Shown here in pieces: positions 9,305 to 20,100 of a DNA stretch of 64,000 nucleotides. The translations under genes and the position numbers were made by a program. The stretch is from an uncultured Aminicenantes bacterium. GTDB taxonomy: Bacteria > Acidobacteriota > Aminicenantia > UBA2199. Numbering within the stretch: the stretch's first letter is position 1; each line of letters begins with the position of its first letter. The notes under the pieces are model-generated. The model did no database searches, was not told the DNA's origin, and worked only from the letters and a program-made list of their open reading frames with translations. The stretch spans positions 1-64,000 of the forward strand of contig CBDAFS010000039.1 in NCBI GenBank assembly GCA_965195285.1. Direction: 5' to 3'.

Positions 9305-9925
9305 TTATTTCCTTTTTTCATCTTTGATGATCCCCTTGCTTATGATATTAGTGATATGGTCTGTCAGTTGATTCAAATCAAAATCAGCCATTTCTTCTTT
9401 TCCCAGGATATACCCGAGACTGAATTCGCCTAATATCCCGGCATAAAAAACAGCAATTAAATCCAGGGGAATATCTTTTTTTAAATAGTCATTATCCAGT
9501 CCCCCCTGGAAAAATTTTTTAAAGATTTGGACCCGTTTCTGTACTGTTTCTAACAAACGTTCGATTCCTCCAAAATTTTCCTTGTCAATGGCTTCGATAA
9601 ACATATTGGATTCATGGAAGGCAATCTTAAGTATTCCCCGGTTTTTATTGACATGATTCAAAACCGAAAAGGTGATTTTTTTCAACTTTTCGGTAAAATT
9701 CCCCGGTTCGGTTATCAGCGGGTTCAGCAATTCATCAAACTCGGAATTGGACAATTCCACCACACTGCGAAAAATATCATCTTTTCCTGTAAAATAATTA
9801 TAGAGCGTGGGCTTGGATATATTGGATGCCTTGGCCAGGTCTTCAATAGTGGTATTGATATAACCCTTTAATTCAAAAACTTCTCTGGCCTTTTCAATAA
9901 TGAAATGTCTGATGGCTTGTCTCAC
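9305..9925 (-). CDS. TetR/AcrR family regulator
   Basis: HTH TTIEDLAKASNISKPTLYNYF; start moved to GTG 9925 (GGAGG RBS; the TTG at 9988 is part of a -35 box). Confidence 0.92.
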   Translation of the reverse strand: MRQAIRHFIIEKAREVFELKGYINTTIEDLAKASNISKPTLYNYFTGKDDIFRSVVELSNSEFDELLNPLITEPGNFTEKLKKITFSVLNHVNKNRGILKIAFHESNMFIEAIDKENFGGIERLLETVQKRVQIFKKFFQGGLDNDYLKKDIPLDLIAVFYAGILGEFSLGYILGKEEMADFDLNQLTDHITNIISKGIIKDEKRK

Positions 9926-9959
9926 TTTACCTCCATTCAATTTTTTTAACCAAGAGTTA

Positions 9960-9988
9960 ATATTATTGAATAAGGGTAAAGATGTCAA
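9960..9988 (-). promoter_or_regulatory. sigma70-type promoter of the efflux operon
   Basis: TTGACA, 17 nt, TAATAT. Confidence 0.6.
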
Positions 9989-10021
9989 GCAGTTTGGATA
10001 TTTTTATAATTTCTCATCAAA

Positions 10022-11434
10022 TCATATATGGGTTCTGTGATTGATCAGAGATTCAATGGACACGGGTTTTAACGGAGGACGGGCGGAAAAAGGGCCGAGA
10101 TGGGACTGTGACTGTCCGGTTAATGCCGTCAGTATATCATATAATACGGGGCCGCAGATCCTTCCCTGACAATTGCCCATGCCGGTTCTGGCCGTTATTT
10201 TCATGGCACCCGGCTCTTTTAAATCCATACTCACCGCTTTCTTCACTTCAGCCATGGTAACATCTTCGCACCGGCAAATGATGGTTTCATCCGGAATTTC
10301 CAGAACCGCTCCCACCGGAACTCTAAACAGCAAATTGAACAGGGCACCGAACTTCAAATCCTGTTTTCTTTTCCGGTCCATTTTTTTTTGTTTTCTGGAA
10401 AAATCATTTTTTCCGATCTTTTCAAATCTGTATAAGATACTATTGGCTGCCATTTCACCCTCATGAATGGACTTATAGGCCCCGCCTATACCAATAATTT
10501 CACCGGCTGCAAAAATATTTTCCACCGAGGTTTCCAGGTTGTTTCTAACCCCAACCACCCAGCCACCCTTTGTATCCGAATACTCAAGTTTACATCCGGC
10601 CAGTTGGGCAAGTTCGACATTGGGAACAAACCCGTATCCCACCGCCAGGGCCGTGGTTTTATGGATCCTTTCGGTTCCCTGAATGATTTTTCCATCACCA
10701 TCAACCCTGGCCACTACCACCGATTCCAGTGAGTCTTTGCCCCGGGCTTCGACTATTCGGGTTTTATATTTCAGCGGAACTCCGGAAAAAACAATCCGGC
10801 TGATAAATTTGCCGCCTTCCATGAATTTCGTATACTGGCTGAAAACCAGAGGAAGGAATTTTGCCTTATCAAAAAAGGTCGACTGTTCACAGATTGAAAT
10901 TACATGGCCTCCGTTTTTCAGAAATTCATATGCCACGGCAAGCAAGAACAATCCGGTTCCACCGATCAGCAACCGCTCATCGCAGAGTATCCCGTGGCTT
11001 TTCAGCAACACCTGAACCATGCCTGTCGAAAAAACCCCGGGCAGGGTCCAGCCCTTAAATGGGAGAAATCTCTCACGGGCACCGGTGGTAAAGAGAATGA
11101 CATCGTACTCCAGTGATATGACCCTGGTTTCTGCCACTTCCAGCAGAATTTCCCGGTTTGGATAAATACCCACAACCCTGGCCCTGTTCATGATCTTCAC
11201 CTTTTTGTTTTTAATGTTTTCAACCAGGGCAAATCCGATTTTCTTAACCGGTTCCGGATTGTATGTCGAGTAAAGACCCAATCGTTCCGGTATTTTCCGT
11301 AACAATTGACCGCCAATATGAATATTTTCGTCCACCAATAAGATGCTCAATCCCTGATCAGCCAGGATGTTTGTCGCTACAATCCCGGAGAACCCGCTGC
11401 CTACAATAATGACATCAAAACGTTGCTTATTCAT
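10022..11434 (-). CDS. FAD/NAD(P) oxidoreductase with C-terminal BFD-like 2Fe-2S domain (HcnB/OoxA-like)
   Basis: GSGFSG, TGARERFLPFKGWTLPGV, ICRCEDVT, GMGNCQGRICG, RPPLKPV. Confidence 0.9.
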   Translation of the reverse strand: MNKQRFDVIIVGSGFSGIVATNILADQGLSILLVDENIHIGGQLLRKIPERLGLYSTYNPEPVKKIGFALVENIKNKKVKIMNRARVVGIYPNREILLEVAETRVISLEYDVILFTTGARERFLPFKGWTLPGVFSTGMVQVLLKSHGILCDERLLIGGTGLFLLAVAYEFLKNGGHVISICEQSTFFDKAKFLPLVFSQYTKFMEGGKFISRIVFSGVPLKYKTRIVEARGKDSLESVVVARVDGDGKIIQGTERIHKTTALAVGYGFVPNVELAQLAGCKLEYSDTKGGWVVGVRNNLETSVENIFAAGEIIGIGGAYKSIHEGEMAANSILYRFEKIGKNDFSRKQKKMDRKRKQDLKFGALFNLLFRVPVGAVLEIPDETIICRCEDVTMAEVKKAVSMDLKEPGAMKITARTGMGNCQGRICGPVLYDILTALTGQSQSHLGPFSARPPLKPVSIESLINHRTHI

Positions 11435-11708
11435 CGGTCTGGATCTCCATTTGATCTTCCACTTCAGTCATGCAGGAGCGCAGGTTGGCGATACCATTTA
11501 TGGTTACCAAACACTCATAGCAAATACCCATTCCGCACAGGGGTCCCCGTATGTCTCCTTTTACAAAGCTCTTCTTCAATTTTTTATATCCCGATGCCAT
11601 CAAAGCGGCCAGTACAGTTTCCCCCCGATAGGCTACGATTTCATGGCCGTTCACCTTTATTTTCACTTTCTCAGTTCGTTTGATATTCCGGGTTCTCAAC
11701 TCTTTCAT
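11427..11708 (-). CDS. 2Fe-2S subunit (HcnA/Fer2_4-like)
   Basis: GETVLAAL, RGPLCGMGICYECLV, RSC. Confidence 0.9.
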   Translation of the reverse strand: MKELRTRNIKRTEKVKIKVNGHEIVAYRGETVLAALMASGYKKLKKSFVKGDIRGPLCGMGICYECLVTINGIANLRSCMTEVEDQMEIQTDE

Positions 11709-11739
11709 CCTTACCTCGGTACCGACTGTTTAAAAAAAC

Positions 11740-11768
11740 AATCTACCTTCAAGCTCGATGATTGTCAA
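11740..11768 (-). promoter_or_regulatory. Possible sigma70 promoter for the 2Fe-2S/oxidoreductase pair
   Basis: TTGACA, 17 nt, TAGATT. Confidence 0.45.
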
Positions 11769-11932
11769 GTCCGAAATTAATTTTACTTTTCATGCGGTTT
11801 AATCATGAATTAAAGAAAACTTTTTTACTTAAATCCAGTATAACTATTGTTATTTTAAAATTAAAGATATTTTAAACGCTTAAATAGTAAATGTGTTAAA
11901 ATGAAATTTACGCGAATACCAAAGGAGAAATC

Positions 11933-13624
11933 ATGAAGCGCGGTCTACTGATTGCCATTTTGATTATTATTGTTTTTTTTATATTCATTGCCCTGCTGGG
12001 TGGTTTTATCTACCTGCAATTCACCCAAGAACCGGACATACCGGAAAATGCCTGGCTTGAGCTCAACTTAATGGGAAAGATTGTGGATAACAATGAATCG
12101 ATCACTTCAAGCGATATTGCCATCCGGGATTTATTTTACCATTTGAGACGGGCAAAAATGGATAAAAGAATAAAGGGTATCCTGATAAAAATCTCAGGAA
12201 TACACACTGGTTTTTCAAAAGTCGAAGATATCGGTAGTATGATTGAAGATTTCAAGTTGAGTGGCAAAAAAGTCTATGCTTTTATCGAATCCGGTGGCCT
12301 GCGGGAATATTACCTGGCCACTTTTTCCGATAAGATTTATGTGTTCAAGGGCTGGGATTTGTTTCTGAAAGGCTTGTCCAGTGAAGCAATTTTTTTGCGA
12401 AACACCTTTTCCAAACTCGGAATAAAGGCAGATATGATTCACATCGGGGATTACAAAACCGCCGCCAATATGTTCACTGAAGACGGCATGACCCCGGCCC
12501 ACCGGGAATCCCTGCAGAAACTTCTGGATGACATCTACACCTCGGTGCTGGAGGGAATTGCCAACAGAAGAAATATCAAAATGGATTTATTGAGGGATAT
12601 CCTGGAAAATTCCCCTCTGACCAATCAGGATTATTTGAAAGCCGGCTTAATCGATGAAACCCTATTTCACGATGAAATATTGAAAGACCTGAATTCCAAA
12701 TACAAAACCGTTAATTTCAACACCTATCGCCGAACGTCTTCACCCAAACCCTACCGGGGGTCCAAAAAAATCGCTATCATCTTCGCTTCCGGTGAAATCC
12801 ATCTGGGTAAAAGTTGCAGTAATAATAAATCTTTGTTCAGCGGAAAAATACTGGGTTCAGATACCCTTGCCAAACAGCTGGAATGGGCCCGGAAAAGCCG
12901 TTCTACCAAAGCCGTGGTCCTGCGAATTGACAGTCCGGGGGGATCGGCCCTGGCCTCAGAGGTAATTCGCAGGCAAATCGAAATTCTGGTTAAGAAGAAA
13001 CCCCTGGTCATTTCCATGTCTGATCTGGCTGCTTCCGGAGGTTACTGGATTTCAACATCGGGATCCAAAATATTATCCCATCCCCAGACCATCACCGGTT
13101 CAATCGGAGTGGTCGGTGGAAAGTTTGTCCTGAAAGATCTTTATAATAATATCGGGATGAATAAGGAAATCCTTAAAACCTCAAAACATGCGGATATCTT
13201 CTCCGATTACAAATCCTTTACCCCTGAGGAAAGGCAAAAAATATTGGGTATCATGCAAAAAATTTATAACTCCTTCAAGGCCATCGTAGCCAAATCCAGA
13301 AATATCAAAAAGGAACAGGTGGAAAAAATCGCCCAAGGACGGGTATGGTCCGGCATGACTGCCAAGAAATTGAAACTGGTCGATCAGTTCGGTGGAATAC
13401 TGGAAGCCATTGAAACAGCCAAGAAATTGGCCAAGATACCGGATTCTGAAAAAATCAGCCTCAAAATCTACCCAAAACAAAAATCTCTGCTGGATTATAT
13501 TCTCGAATTGGCCGGTTTTCAGGTCAAGGATCTGAATGTGATCAACAACATCGAATCTACAATAAAGAAGTACGATCAATTCTTCCCTGCCCTGCTGATG
13601 CCCTACTCCATTTGTATTCACTAA
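11933..13624 (+). CDS. sppA: Signal peptide peptidase SppA, 67K type
   Basis: Tandem S49 domains; RIDSPGGSALAS, AASGGYWI, TGSIGV. Confidence 0.95.
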   Translation: MKRGLLIAILIIIVFFIFIALLGGFIYLQFTQEPDIPENAWLELNLMGKIVDNNESITSSDIAIRDLFYHLRRAKMDKRIKGILIKISGIHTGFSKVEDIGSMIEDFKLSGKKVYAFIESGGLREYYLATFSDKIYVFKGWDLFLKGLSSEAIFLRNTFSKLGIKADMIHIGDYKTAANMFTEDGMTPAHRESLQKLLDDIYTSVLEGIANRRNIKMDLLRDILENSPLTNQDYLKAGLIDETLFHDEILKDLNSKYKTVNFNTYRRTSSPKPYRGSKKIAIIFASGEIHLGKSCSNNKSLFSGKILGSDTLAKQLEWARKSRSTKAVVLRIDSPGGSALASEVIRRQIEILVKKKPLVISMSDLAASGGYWISTSGSKILSHPQTITGSIGVVGGKFVLKDLYNNIGMNKEILKTSKHADIFSDYKSFTPEERQKILGIMQKIYNSFKAIVAKSRNIKKEQVEKIAQGRVWSGMTAKKLKLVDQFGGILEAIETAKKLAKIPDSEKISLKIYPKQKSLLDYILELAGFQVKDLNVINNIESTIKKYDQFFPALLMPYSICIH

Positions 13625-13638
13625 TTGACCCCCGTTAG

Positions 13639-14271
13639 ATGATCAGACTGGATTACAAAGAGTTACTGACTGAAAATAGTATCCAGTGTATTCGGCAAAT
13701 CATAAAAAAAAATGGTGTCATCGGTTATCCCACCGACACCCTATACGGATTGGGGGGTAATTTTCACTCTTTGATCGTAATCAATAAAATCGATTGTCTG
13801 AAACAACGAAGAGAACTTCCCTATTCAGTGGCCATTTCCGGTATCCGGATGCTGAATCAGCTGGTTGAAAACATTCCTGAAATTTTTCATGAGCTTTCCC
13901 GGCAATTGGTCCCGGGAAAATTCACTTTTCTGCTGCCAGCCTCCCCACAACTAAGAAAATCGTTGTTGAAAAACAGTTCGAAAATCGGCATCCGAATTCC
14001 CAACCTGCCTGATATTCTTGAACTTATTTCAAAATTGAAAGTTCCACTGATATCAACTTCGGTGAACCGATCCAATCAAAAACCCCTGAATAACCCGGAC
14101 CTGATAGAGGCCCAATTCCCCGAAATCGACCTTCTGATAGATAAAGGTCCCCTGGAGAAATCAAAGGGATCGACAATCCTGGATTTAACCCGGAGCCCGA
14201 TAAGATGTGTCCGGCAGGGCGATGATTATCAAAAACTGGTGTCTCTCGGAATCGAGTTTACGGTTAAATGA
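13639..14271 (+). CDS. tsaC: L-threonylcarbamoyladenylate synthase (TsaC/YrdC)
   Basis: YPTDTLYGLG, IGIRIP, STSVN, STILD. Confidence 0.88.
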   Translation: MIRLDYKELLTENSIQCIRQIIKKNGVIGYPTDTLYGLGGNFHSLIVINKIDCLKQRRELPYSVAISGIRMLNQLVENIPEIFHELSRQLVPGKFTFLLPASPQLRKSLLKNSSKIGIRIPNLPDILELISKLKVPLISTSVNRSNQKPLNNPDLIEAQFPEIDLLIDKGPLEKSKGSTILDLTRSPIRCVRQGDDYQKLVSLGIEFTVK

Positions 14272-14385
14272 ACCCCCTTTACAAATAAAATCAATCTCAA
14301 AGCCCGTTCTGAATCGTGCTTGTCTTTGGCTGGCTAAAATGATATGATTCTTATTCAATCAAAAGCAGGGATGAAATAATAATTA

Positions 14386-15732
14386 ATGAAAAAAGCAGCT
14401 GAAAGAGATAATGTTCCGGGAGAATTGAACCGGAAAAAATGGCTCGGCACCATTTCTTCGAGAATAAAAACCATGATTGACTCAGGCAACACCACTGAAT
14501 TTAAAAAATGGTTTCCCCGGCTCATCCGGAAGGTTTCAAAACGCCATGGCCTGTCTACCGGATTGAATCTGATCAAAAAAATTGAAGTCTCAGCAGGATT
14601 GCGCAAACCTTCCCTGGCCTTGTACGACAACTGCCTTCACTTTATCGGTGGCGGTCAAAAATATGGAATGACCATGGCCTTGGCTCTGCAGGATATTTTT
14701 GATATCACCATTCTATCCAACCAGCCGGTCAATCATCGGAACATTCTGGACTGGTATGACTTGGATTTAAGCCGCTGTACTTTTAAAATCATTCCCATTC
14801 CTTTTTATGATAAATTGGGATCCCTACACCTGGACCCTGCATTGGTTGAATCCAAAACTCAAAACCCCTTCCACCTCATCAGCCTTGAATCCGCTAAATA
14901 CGATTTCTTTCTAAATAACACCATGCTGGAAATGGTATATCCCCTTTCCAACCTGTCTGTGATGATGGTCCATTTTCCCGAACGAAGACCTCGATATTAT
15001 TTTTACCCGGATGTCTATACGGCCATCATGTATAACAGCAAATATACGGCCAGCTGGATCAAAAAAAAATGGAAGCTCGAACCCCATCAACATATATATC
15101 CACCGGTGGATATGGAGGTGTATGATGGCACCACCTCCAAGAAGAATATCATCATTTCCGTGGCCCGTTTTGAGGAAGGCGGTACCAAGAAGCAGCTGGA
15201 AATGATAAAAAGCTTCAAGCGAATGAAAGAAATTTATCCTGAAATTGCTTTGGGCTGGAAATTGATTCTGGTCGGAGGATCCAATCCTGACAACCCCTAT
15301 CTCCAATCCGTAAAAAACAGCCTGGGACACGACCATATTGATCTGAAAATCAACATACCTGCTGATGAGTTGAAATCCCTGTACCGGGATGCCAAAATAT
15401 TCTGGCATCTGTGTGGCCTGGGACAGAATGATCCGGCCAAAATCGAGCATTTTGGGATGACCATTTGCGAATCCATGCAAAACAGCCTGGTACCGATTGT
15501 ATTTGATGGCGGAGGCCAGCGGGAAATCGTTGAGCATGAAATCAACGGATTCAGGGTAAAATCCACTTTCCAGCTCATCCAATACACGACTCAGTTGATG
15601 CATGATCCCATTAAATTAACCACCATGGGAAATGCCGCCAGACTCAGCAGTAAAGCCTATGACAAAACGAGATTCATAAAAGAAGTCAAAGCGTTCTTTA
15701 ACTCACTGTTAAACCAGTATATTTCAGATTGA
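14386..15732 (+). CDS. Glycosyltransferase, GT4-like
   Basis: IGGGQKY, IYPPVD, EHFGMTICESM (ExxxxxxxE). Confidence 0.88.
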   Translation: MKKAAERDNVPGELNRKKWLGTISSRIKTMIDSGNTTEFKKWFPRLIRKVSKRHGLSTGLNLIKKIEVSAGLRKPSLALYDNCLHFIGGGQKYGMTMALALQDIFDITILSNQPVNHRNILDWYDLDLSRCTFKIIPIPFYDKLGSLHLDPALVESKTQNPFHLISLESAKYDFFLNNTMLEMVYPLSNLSVMMVHFPERRPRYYFYPDVYTAIMYNSKYTASWIKKKWKLEPHQHIYPPVDMEVYDGTTSKKNIIISVARFEEGGTKKQLEMIKSFKRMKEIYPEIALGWKLILVGGSNPDNPYLQSVKNSLGHDHIDLKINIPADELKSLYRDAKIFWHLCGLGQNDPAKIEHFGMTICESMQNSLVPIVFDGGGQREIVEHEINGFRVKSTFQLIQYTTQLMHDPIKLTTMGNAARLSSKAYDKTRFIKEVKAFFNSLLNQYISD

Positions 15733-15741
15733 TACCAGTCG

Positions 15742-16755
15742 ATGAAACCAGAATTTTCAATTATCATTCCAACCAGAAATTCCATGGGTATCATCGACAG
15801 ACTGATCGAGGCCATCGAAAACCAGAACTTCGAGTTTTCATACGAGGTCATTTTTTTGGTCACCGAATCCACCGATGGTACCGAGGAATTCTTGAGGAAA
15901 ACCTCATTCAAACATAAGAAAATCATTTCAATCCCGGCCAGAGAATTCAGTCACGGCAGTACCCGCATGCTGGGGGTTGAGAATGCCCACGGCAACCAGG
16001 TGATTTTTTTTACCGAAGACATTATTCCCATTGGAAAAAATTTCCTGTCCGAACTTACCGCCCCGGTAATAAATAAAGAAGCTGCAGCAGCTTACGGAGT
16101 TTATCAGATCGATCCCCAACAGGCAGATCCACTGCAAGCCTACCTGAATAACCACTGGTATATGTCCTACCCGGACCTGGTACCATCCATTTCCCCGACT
16201 GAATGGGAGTCCATGCCAGGAATGAAGAAACGTTTATTGTGTAATTTTGATAATTGCGCATCATGTATTGACCGGAAAACACTATTGGAACTTCGCCTTC
16301 CGGATGTCCCCTACGGAGAGGATATGTTCTTTGCCAAGCGGATTCTGCTCAACAATAAACAGATTGCCCTGGCCAAAAAGGCAACATTTTATCACTGGCA
16401 TGACATGAGTTTCGGTTATTTCCTCAAACGAATGTGTCTTGACCAGCATCTCAGCCAAAAAGAATTCGGCGTCATTTATGTCAAAAACAAATTAAGTATG
16501 CTCTGGTCTATTAAAATTCGGTTACTGCACCGTATCCTGATCGCCCTGTTTTTCTTACCAATACCTTTTCAAAAAAAAATATATTGGATCAAATACCACG
16601 CCAAAATCCTTACCGCTGATTTCTTAGGAAAATACATCGGAAAATTGACCGAAAATGAAAATCTGAAAACCTTTAATCCGATAGATCGGCGTTTATACCG
16701 TTTTAAACAAAAGATTTTGGCCGAGATATCAGAAAAAAGTATTCCCCGCTACTAA
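15742..16755 (+). CDS. Glycosyltransferase family 2
   Basis: SIIIPTRN, STDGT, FSHGSTR, GED. Confidence 0.88.
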   Translation: MKPEFSIIIPTRNSMGIIDRLIEAIENQNFEFSYEVIFLVTESTDGTEEFLRKTSFKHKKIISIPAREFSHGSTRMLGVENAHGNQVIFFTEDIIPIGKNFLSELTAPVINKEAAAAYGVYQIDPQQADPLQAYLNNHWYMSYPDLVPSISPTEWESMPGMKKRLLCNFDNCASCIDRKTLLELRLPDVPYGEDMFFAKRILLNNKQIALAKKATFYHWHDMSFGYFLKRMCLDQHLSQKEFGVIYVKNKLSMLWSIKIRLLHRILIALFFLPIPFQKKIYWIKYHAKILTADFLGKYIGKLTENENLKTFNPIDRRLYRFKQKILAEISEKSIPRY

Positions 16756-16862
16756 CCTTGTGTTAAATATCCGGAGCAGATATTGAATTATTAAACCTCA
16801 TAAAATATAATGAAGTCCAATCTTTTTTTAAATAAATTTGAATCAGACAGCAAGGAGGTGAA

Positions 16863-17102
16863 ATGAAATTTGTCACGGGTATTGTTTTTGGGATACTAAT
16901 GGTCATATTCATTTTCCAGAATATTGATGTTGTGGTCATAAACTTTCTCTTCTGGAGCCTATCCATATCCAGAGCCCTGATGATTTTCCTGGTATTCCTC
17001 ATGGGAATTGTATTGGGCACCATTCTGAGAAGTATAAATAGGGGGGAAAAACCAACACATCCAAAGCTGGAGGCTGGCCAGGACCGACTCGATTCAGTTT
17101 GA
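16863..17102 (+). CDS. LapA (DUF1049) family small membrane protein
   Basis: Strong RBS; IFIFQN..V.INFLFW, two TM helices. Confidence 0.82.
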   Translation: MKFVTGIVFGILMVIFIFQNIDVVVINFLFWSLSISRALMIFLVFLMGIVLGTILRSINRGEKPTHPKLEAGQDRLDSV

Positions 17103-20100
17103 TTTATCCAGATTGGCCAGCTGATTTTTTAGTGTTTTTCTCAGTTGGTTTTCCTCAACCGAACGACCGTATAGCTTGGCAATTTTCTGGTAGATAATCA
17201 AGGCTTCAGGGGATTTTTTCAATCTCATCAGCAATCCTGCTTTTTCCCACAGGCATGGAATATAGTTTGGATTGAACTCAAGACAATCCTCAACTTCTTC
17301 CATAGCTTCCCGATATCTCTGGTTCCGTATCAAATATTGAATGTATTCGGTTTGAAAAAACTGGCGGTGATAACAGGTCACCCAGTATGAAAGCTGGGTT
17401 TTCAACTTCATCAGGTTCTTAAAATTACTATTTGCATTATCAAATTGGCCTTCGCTTTCATAAATCAATGCCCTTAAATGCAAAAAATATTTATAAGGTA
17501 TATAAAAATTCTTTTCAGACAGATGGTAACGCTGTTTGATTTCCCGCAACCATTCCAGCTCCTGCTGGGTGGCTTTCAATTTGTTAAGTTTCAGTAAAAC
17601 CATCCCTCTCAACCAGTGGGCTTCCGCCACGGTATAATCATTGATATCTTTAGAATTATAGATGAGCAGCGATTGGTCCAGAATGGACAGTGCTTCATCC
17701 ATATTCTTCTCCAAAAATTGAATATAGGCCTGTTTGACCATGGATCGGGCCCTCTCCTTTTTTGAATTGGTAAGCTGGTTATAATACAGTAAAACCGGTT
17801 TCACTTTCTGGTACTCAGCCTTCAGGATATAAATGTCAGCCAGAGTCAGATTTGACCAGGGTACACTTTGACTGTTTTTTGACAGGGCGGCCAGTTTCAT
17901 GGCCTCGGCAGAGGTCAGATCACCCGAATAAAAATACCCATCTCCGAGAGAGTCGAAAGAATTGGCGGATTGATCCAGGTTGCGGTAATCCTCAAATCGT
18001 TGAATGGCCTGGTTGTGATTTCCCAGATAAGAATAGCAATACCCCAAATGATTGATGGCCTTAGAATTCTTTCGGTTGATATCCAGAACCTGCTGATAAA
18101 AACCAATGGCCTTTTCCGCATCTCCCCGGTGAAAGTACGCTTCTCCGAGTTCAAAAAAAGCATCCGGAAGAAATGGAAAATCTTCCTTCAACTTTTCCAG
18201 ATTTTCGATTTCATCATTAAAATTAAATTCCAGTCGGGATTTGAGAGCCTGTATTTTTAATCGGAAACTACCGGTGAGGTTATCCTTCAAACACACAACC
18301 TCCCGGATTAACTGTCTGGCCTCTTCCCGCCTACCCTTGAAATAGAAAATATCAGCCAGTAAATATTTGGCTACAGGGAGATCAATCGACTTTTTCAGGT
18401 GATATTCAGCCTGGCTGAATCGAAACTTACGGTAATATTTAAGTCCCTGGTAAAAACTTGAAAATCGTTTCCAATCACTGCCGAACAGGTCAGAGATTTT
18501 TTTTATTCTCACCTCATCCGCCTGTTTATTACCGAAAACACTTAAATACACACGTTTTGCCAGTGTGTCCACCTGACTGGAAAGCAATATATCCTTATTT
18601 TGTATGGGAATAGTGATGGGTAATTGCTTTTTCCCCCGGACCACCGGGATCAGTACGGCATCAATGTTGTAGAAGTCGTTGAACTGGGTAACCGTTCCCT
18701 TTAATTCAAACAATACCTTGAATTTTTTCATGAGTTTTATCACCGTATTCCGGGAATCAAGTGTATTTTTCGCCATTTCCTGCCCGGGGATGTTTTCGGG
18801 CCCCCCCCCCACCTGATCCGAAACCAATACTCCCTTGGCACTAAAAGCGGAATCCGTTTCCATATCAAGACCGGAAGCAATATCCTCATTTATGGTTTTA
18901 AATTCCCGGAACTGATTTAAAGACTGGTACAGTAAGTAATTCAATTTTTCGAAGAGTTGTTTATCACTGCTTTGGTTTTTAAAATCATGTAAATAAATAT
19001 AAAATTTTTCACCGGGGTCCGGAATCATCATTTTATCATCCCGGTGGCCAGTCAATATCAATAACAGGGCGATAATCAGGACCAGGGCCAGAGGTATTGA
19101 TACCATTTTCATGATCCGGTGTTTGGTGTATATCAGTGGTTCGGTATGGGCCTTTATTTTTTTGATTCGGTAGACGATATCTCCCAGTCCTTCCTGGTCA
19201 GAAGTCCTCTGTATTCCTTTCATCAATTTATTCTGATCCTGGGTATCAATAATTTCTGTTTTGAAATCAATATTCTTACTCTCAGCCTGCAGAATATAAT
19301 CTTCCCGTATTTGCTCAAGATTTTCTTTGATTGATTTAAAATCCGTTAACCGGTCTCCGGGTTTCTTCTCCAGGGCACATCTGACCATCTGCTTCAGTTG
19401 ATCAGGTATATCGCGGAAAAACTGTACGTCCCTGTTGATGACATTGTACAGTGTAGATATATGATCTTTATCCTGAAAGGGATTAATCCCTTCCAGCATT
19501 TCATACACCACCACCCCGAAAGAGAATATGTCGCTGGAGGGTTCCAGATGCTCTCCTCTGGCTTGCTCCGGTGACATGTAGCAAACGGTTCCCATTATAA
19601 TTCCCTTTTCAGTGAAGTGGGTCGAATCGATCATATCCTTCTTTTTCATGATTGATTCATCCCTGAATTTCGCCAAACCAAAATCCAGAACCTTAACCGA
19701 ACCCTTTTGATTAACCATTAAATTGGCCGGTTTTATATCCCGATGAATAATCTGCTTGGAATGGGCTTCAATCATGCCTTCGCATATCTGGATAGTAATA
19801 TCCAGGATTTTATTGATGCTTAACTTCTTCAGGCTTATGATCTGGTCAAGGGTCACACCATCAACAAATTGCATGACAATATAGTTGTTATTCTCTTCCT
19901 CATATATCTCGTATATGGTGCATATATTCGGGTGTTCAAGCTGCGAGGCGGTTTGAGCCTCTCTCAGAAAACGGGCCTTTGAATAAAAATCATTGAGGGT
20001 TTTCTCCGAAATACATTTGATGGCCACTTCCCTTTTTAACTTCTGGTCCCGGGCATGATAGATGGTTCCCATCCCTCCCCGTCCCAGACTTTTGATGATT

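Noticed and set aside
13626-13633. TTGACCCC between sppA and tsaC, resembling the motif at 1432-1439
   Set aside because: Isolated 8-mer in a 14-bp spacer with no accompanying repeat structure; likely chance
14911-15603. 230-aa minus-strand ORF
   Set aside because: Entirely antisense to a GT4 gene, with no recognisable motifs
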